A DNA stretch of 12,918 bases from Octopus sinensis (Eukaryota), in the NCBI RefSeq assembly GCF_006345805.1, contig NW_021826298.1, positions 1 to 12,918 on the forward strand, given 5' to 3'. The translations under genes and the position numbers were made by a program. The notes under the pieces are model-generated. The model was not told the DNA's origin and did not search any database. It saw nothing but the letters and a program-made list of their open reading frames with translations. This document shows, piece by piece, positions 8,991 to 12,918 of this stretch. How positions within the stretch are numbered: the first letter of the stretch is position 1; every line of letters begins with the position of its first letter.

Positions 8991-9838
8991 CCTTTTTCTT
9001 ATCTATTTTTCCACTTTTCCATTTCCGAATTTTTTTTTTTTGTTCTTGTGGAGGATTTTCAATTCCTAATATTATTACTAGGAATATATTTGCTTTCGGT
9101 ATTGTATTTTGTTAAAATTTATTGGTTAAACAACGTCATCTTCGATTGACGTTTAACCAACCGTTAAACCATATACTCCCCACAGTACAACATTTTTACG
9201 AGGCTCCTCCGCTTACTGGCATTTGAATATTTTTTGTTTTCCATCTCCCCTGCTTCCCACATCATGGTCTTTAGGAAAAAAACACACACAACCAAATCAA
9301 GGTCACGTGAGGACAAATTGTGTGGTGAAGTTTATCTCTGCGCCACAGAGAATTTTGGATAGGTCTGTACGAACATTTATATTTTCAATATATATCCAGA
9401 GAATTTGCAGAATCTGGACATAGGATAATTTCCAAGGAATATTTAAAGTGTGGTAAATATATCAATTTTGGTGACCATGAATTTAGAATCACTTTTATCT
9501 TACCTCTCTATACTCCTATAACATTGTGCTCTGGACCATGCGTATATTTAGTTCCACACCTGATTATTTGTTTCGTAATGTCTACTAAAAATATAAAAAT
9601 TAAAGTGTATGCACATTTATATATATATATACATAGGTGTAAAACGGTTGAATTTAGATTAGTCCTTTAATTTTTAGGTATCCCCAAAAGATTTCTAATA
9701 TTGATTCTTCATATTTTGCTGGTAGTTTACAGGCCTAAATTTGCGAATATCAAAATAATACTCTCTTCTACATTTTAAACTAAATTGTTGAGTTTTATGG
9801 GATTTATTTCCGTAAATTCACAAAACATAAAATACAAG

Positions 9839-9871
<33 letters not shown>

Positions 9872-9955
9872 AGTAACAAATTGATAAATAAAACATATGC
9901 ATACATACATATATGTACATACCTGCATCTATATGTATATATACATGCATATATG
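9839..9955. repeat. (TA)n and degenerate TA/TACA tract
   Basis: Visible in the sequence. Confidence 0.85.
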
Positions 9956-10431
9956 GGTACATGACACACAAAAAAACGTACAACACAACGAGAAACGAAA
10001 ACATAAAAACAAAATCATGGGAACGAACTTTTTTTTCAAACAACGAAAAAACAGAGTACAAGACATAAAACACAAGGAACATTCCCCTTCATCAGCTGCC
10101 CCAGCTTCGACTACTCCGTGTTTCGAAGGTAAGGGCAAGACACGACTTCATTGAAACAATCCATCCCGCAAAGCAAATTGAATAAAATTTAAGATTTTTT
10201 GCAGAGGGAGAAAAATGTTGAAAAGAACAGGACAGTAAAAACAAAACGAGACAGTAAAAGCAATACCAATAAAAATAGTAAAAGACAGGAAAAGGAGAAG
10301 ACAGTAAAAACAAACGATAAGGGCTTTTAAGCCTAGACGATGGAAAACTTAATTTGAACGCATTGAAAAAACGGCTTACGAGGAGAGGAGAAGCCGTTGT
10401 GGATTTGTTGAAGGCAGTAGTCTTGTATTGT

Positions 10432-10752
10432 CAGTCTGTCTCCCTATCTATCTATTTATCTATCTATCTCCTACTCTATATATGTACATGCAAATGTATA
10501 TACATACATATAAATACTCACGCAAACGCATACAGAATTATCATGTATACATAGACGTATATATATATACATATATATATATATATGCATCTATACCGAG
10601 ACATATCATATATATAAATACATATATATATACATATATATATATACATATACATACATATATTATATATATACATGCATACATACCACATAAAAACACA
10701 CAACATAACACACACACACACACACCACATAATATATATATATATAATATAT

Positions 10753-10789
<37 letters not shown>
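10432..10789. repeat. Compound (TCTA)/(TA)n/(CA)n tract
   Basis: Visible in the sequence. Confidence 0.9.
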
Positions 10790-11168
10790 GCAGAGACTGC
10801 TTGCTGTGTGAAGTTTAATGCGTACATTTTTGCTTCCTCTAACAAATATTTTACTTTATTATTGACCTGCATAAATAATAATAGAATAAGACTCTTAAAA
10901 TTATGGCCACTGACCAATAATGGATACAAGTAGAAGAATACACGCATACACCCATTTGTATGAATAAGTAGGTTAATGAATGTATCTGATATTCATATAT
11001 ATTGAATGGTATATGTGTTTTTTCTGTATGCGCCAAGTACAGTTGCACCAATGTTGATTACCATCTTTTTTTGTAAAGAACATATTTGAACTTATGTCAG
11101 ATATGTGTATTTTAGCGTCCGAGTGAAACGGTAACTGCGTGTCGCTGTGCTTGCGTGCGTGTACCAGC

Positions 11169-11402
11169 ATATATATACATGCATATATACATATATAGAT
11201 AGATATATATATATATATAGATATATAGATATAGATATATATATATAAATAAATGTATACATATATGTATAATCTATGTATATATGTATATATATAGATC
11301 TATGTATATATGTATATTATATATGTATAAATATATATTATATAATATATATAAATACATATATAGTATATACATATACAATATATACGATATATAAATA
11401 TT

Positions 11403-11447
<45 letters not shown>
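11169..11447. repeat. Long imperfect (TA)n tract
   Basis: Visible in the sequence. Confidence 0.95.
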
Positions 11448-11449
<2 letters not shown>

Positions 11450-11956
11450 GGATGTATGTGGTGCGGTATAATTGTGATTGCGTGTGTGCTGCGTGTGAAT
11501 TTGCCCGAGTTCCATCCTGTAACCCAAGTTTTCTGAAGACAAAAAATGAAAGAAAAAGGTAACCCAAAACAAAAGACAAAAAAAATATAACATAACAATA
11601 CACAAACATATATATATATACATAGAACTCCAGAGAAGTAGAGATGATAGTGCCAAATGAAAGTTTTCGTTTGCGTGACTTTTACGAAATGGAAGATTAG
11701 CAGTATGAGCCGAGATGGAAGTGCAAAAACGTATAGAGCAGAGAAAAATCATTATAGCAGGTGAGATTAACTTCAGGTTTTAATATTATTCTTAATATAT
11801 TGAATGTTTGTAGAACACCGTTTGGTGTTCATCTTTGTATAAAGCACAACATCTAACGAATTTTCATTAACTTTCCTTTAGGCAAACTTAAGAGTTTTTG
11901 GCATGTTTTTAATATCATCGTTTCGTAGCAGCTCTCCTCCTTGCCATTACTCTCAT

Positions 11957-12302
11957 TACAACAACAACAACAACAACAATAACAACAACAATGAAAATAA
12001 CAGCAACAGCAGTAACAGAAACAAAAAAAAACTATAAAATTGTTAACAGCAGCAAAAAAAGACATTAACAACAAGCAGCGACGACCTCACCATCGGCAAC
12101 ACCATTGCATTTATCATTACCACCTCAACTACAACCACAATCACGACCACAAACAGACCCAGCGATGAATCTACCTCCACCCACCACCTCCACCCATCAC
12201 CACCACCACCACCACCTTCACTTACAAGACTATCACCGTCGCCGCCGCCGCCATCTTCGCCACCTTCACTGCCTCCATTGCCATCGACGCCGCCGCCGCC
12301 GC
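11957..12302. repeat. Degenerate trinucleotide tract (CAA) -> (CAG) -> (CAC) -> (CGC)
   Basis: Visible CAA run at 11959-11990, CAC run at ~12178-12216, CGC runs at 12240-12252 and 12287-12302. Confidence 0.85.
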
Positions 12303-12432
12303 TGATACCTCGCCTCATTCGTCATTCGTACATAACTGAGTTGCTTGAATGGATGTTATCAGTTAACGGAAATTAATTGGGTAAAACTTAATTATATAGC
12401 TTTTTCCAACCAGAAGTTTGACTGTTTTTCTG

Positions 12433-12751
12433 CACACACACACACACACATACACACACACACACACATACACACACACATACACACACACACACACATA
12501 CACACAGGCATACACACACACATACACACACACCACAATACACACACACATAAACACACACACACACATAACAACACATACACAACGCATACACACACAC
12601 ACACATACACACACACACACACATACACACACACACATACACACACACACACACATACACACACACACACATACACACAACATACACAACACACATACAC
12701 ACACACAACACACACACATACACACACGCATACACACACACACACACACAC
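12433..12751. repeat. Long imperfect (CA)n with periodic CATA interruptions
   Basis: About 320 nt of CA repeats, visible in the sequence. Confidence 0.97.
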
Positions 12752-12918
12752 GTTACACTTACACTCATACAGACGCACATTAAAAAAAAACCCCTTACAA
12801 ACAAACAGACGTAAATATATACGAACATACCGCACATGCCCACACTACTTTTTCAACCTTTCAAAGTTAGGATTTTTCGCTTTCTCCATCTTCCAAGAAA
12901 CTTGGTTAACGAATAAAA

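Noticed and set aside
10083-10098. TCCCCTTCATCAGCTG, similar to part of miR-133
   Set aside because: The seed (TTGGTCC) is absent, there is an internal indel, and no matching precursor hairpin is evident.
3441-11545. Other CTGAAGA matches (minus strand near 3441 and 3558; plus strand at 11533) as hammerhead cores
   Set aside because: None is followed by a stem II closed by GAAA.
11657-11766. Short ORF MKVFVCVTFTKWKISSMSRDGSAKTYRAEKNHYS ending at donor-like CAG|GTGAGA
   Set aside because: There is no clear acceptor or promoter and the peptide is unrecognised. A lone donor match is expected by chance.
11813-11830. Hairpin GAACACC-GTTT-GGTGTTC
   Set aside because: A 7-bp stem is within chance expectation for 13 kb, and there is no supporting context.

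Overview
AT-rich, microsatellite-saturated, non-coding eukaryotic DNA (intergenic or intronic). The repeat families resemble those I recall from octopus (coleoid cephalopod) genomes; this assignment is an inference. No intact protein-coding gene is supported, and nearly all listed ORFs are translations of simple repeats. Supported content: two tRNA/CORE-type SINEs (105-350 and 1595-1795, minus strand), a decayed R4/Dong-like non-LTR retrotransposon fragment (about 4771-5175), and six same-orientation tRNA/Meta-type SINE copies (about 5350-7100) that repeatedly break at the same internal site. The best find is a composite element at 5632-6016: a Pol III tRNA-like head, a (TAA)n spacer, and a tail with a minimal Penelope-type hammerhead ribozyme (CUGAUGA / GGCUG-CAGCC stem II / GAAA / palindromic AACGUU), set head-to-head with an internally deleted inverted copy. 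Weaker candidates are a second hammerhead-like motif near 10.1 kb (minus strand), an 81-nt exon-like unit with strong splice sites, and several hairpins.
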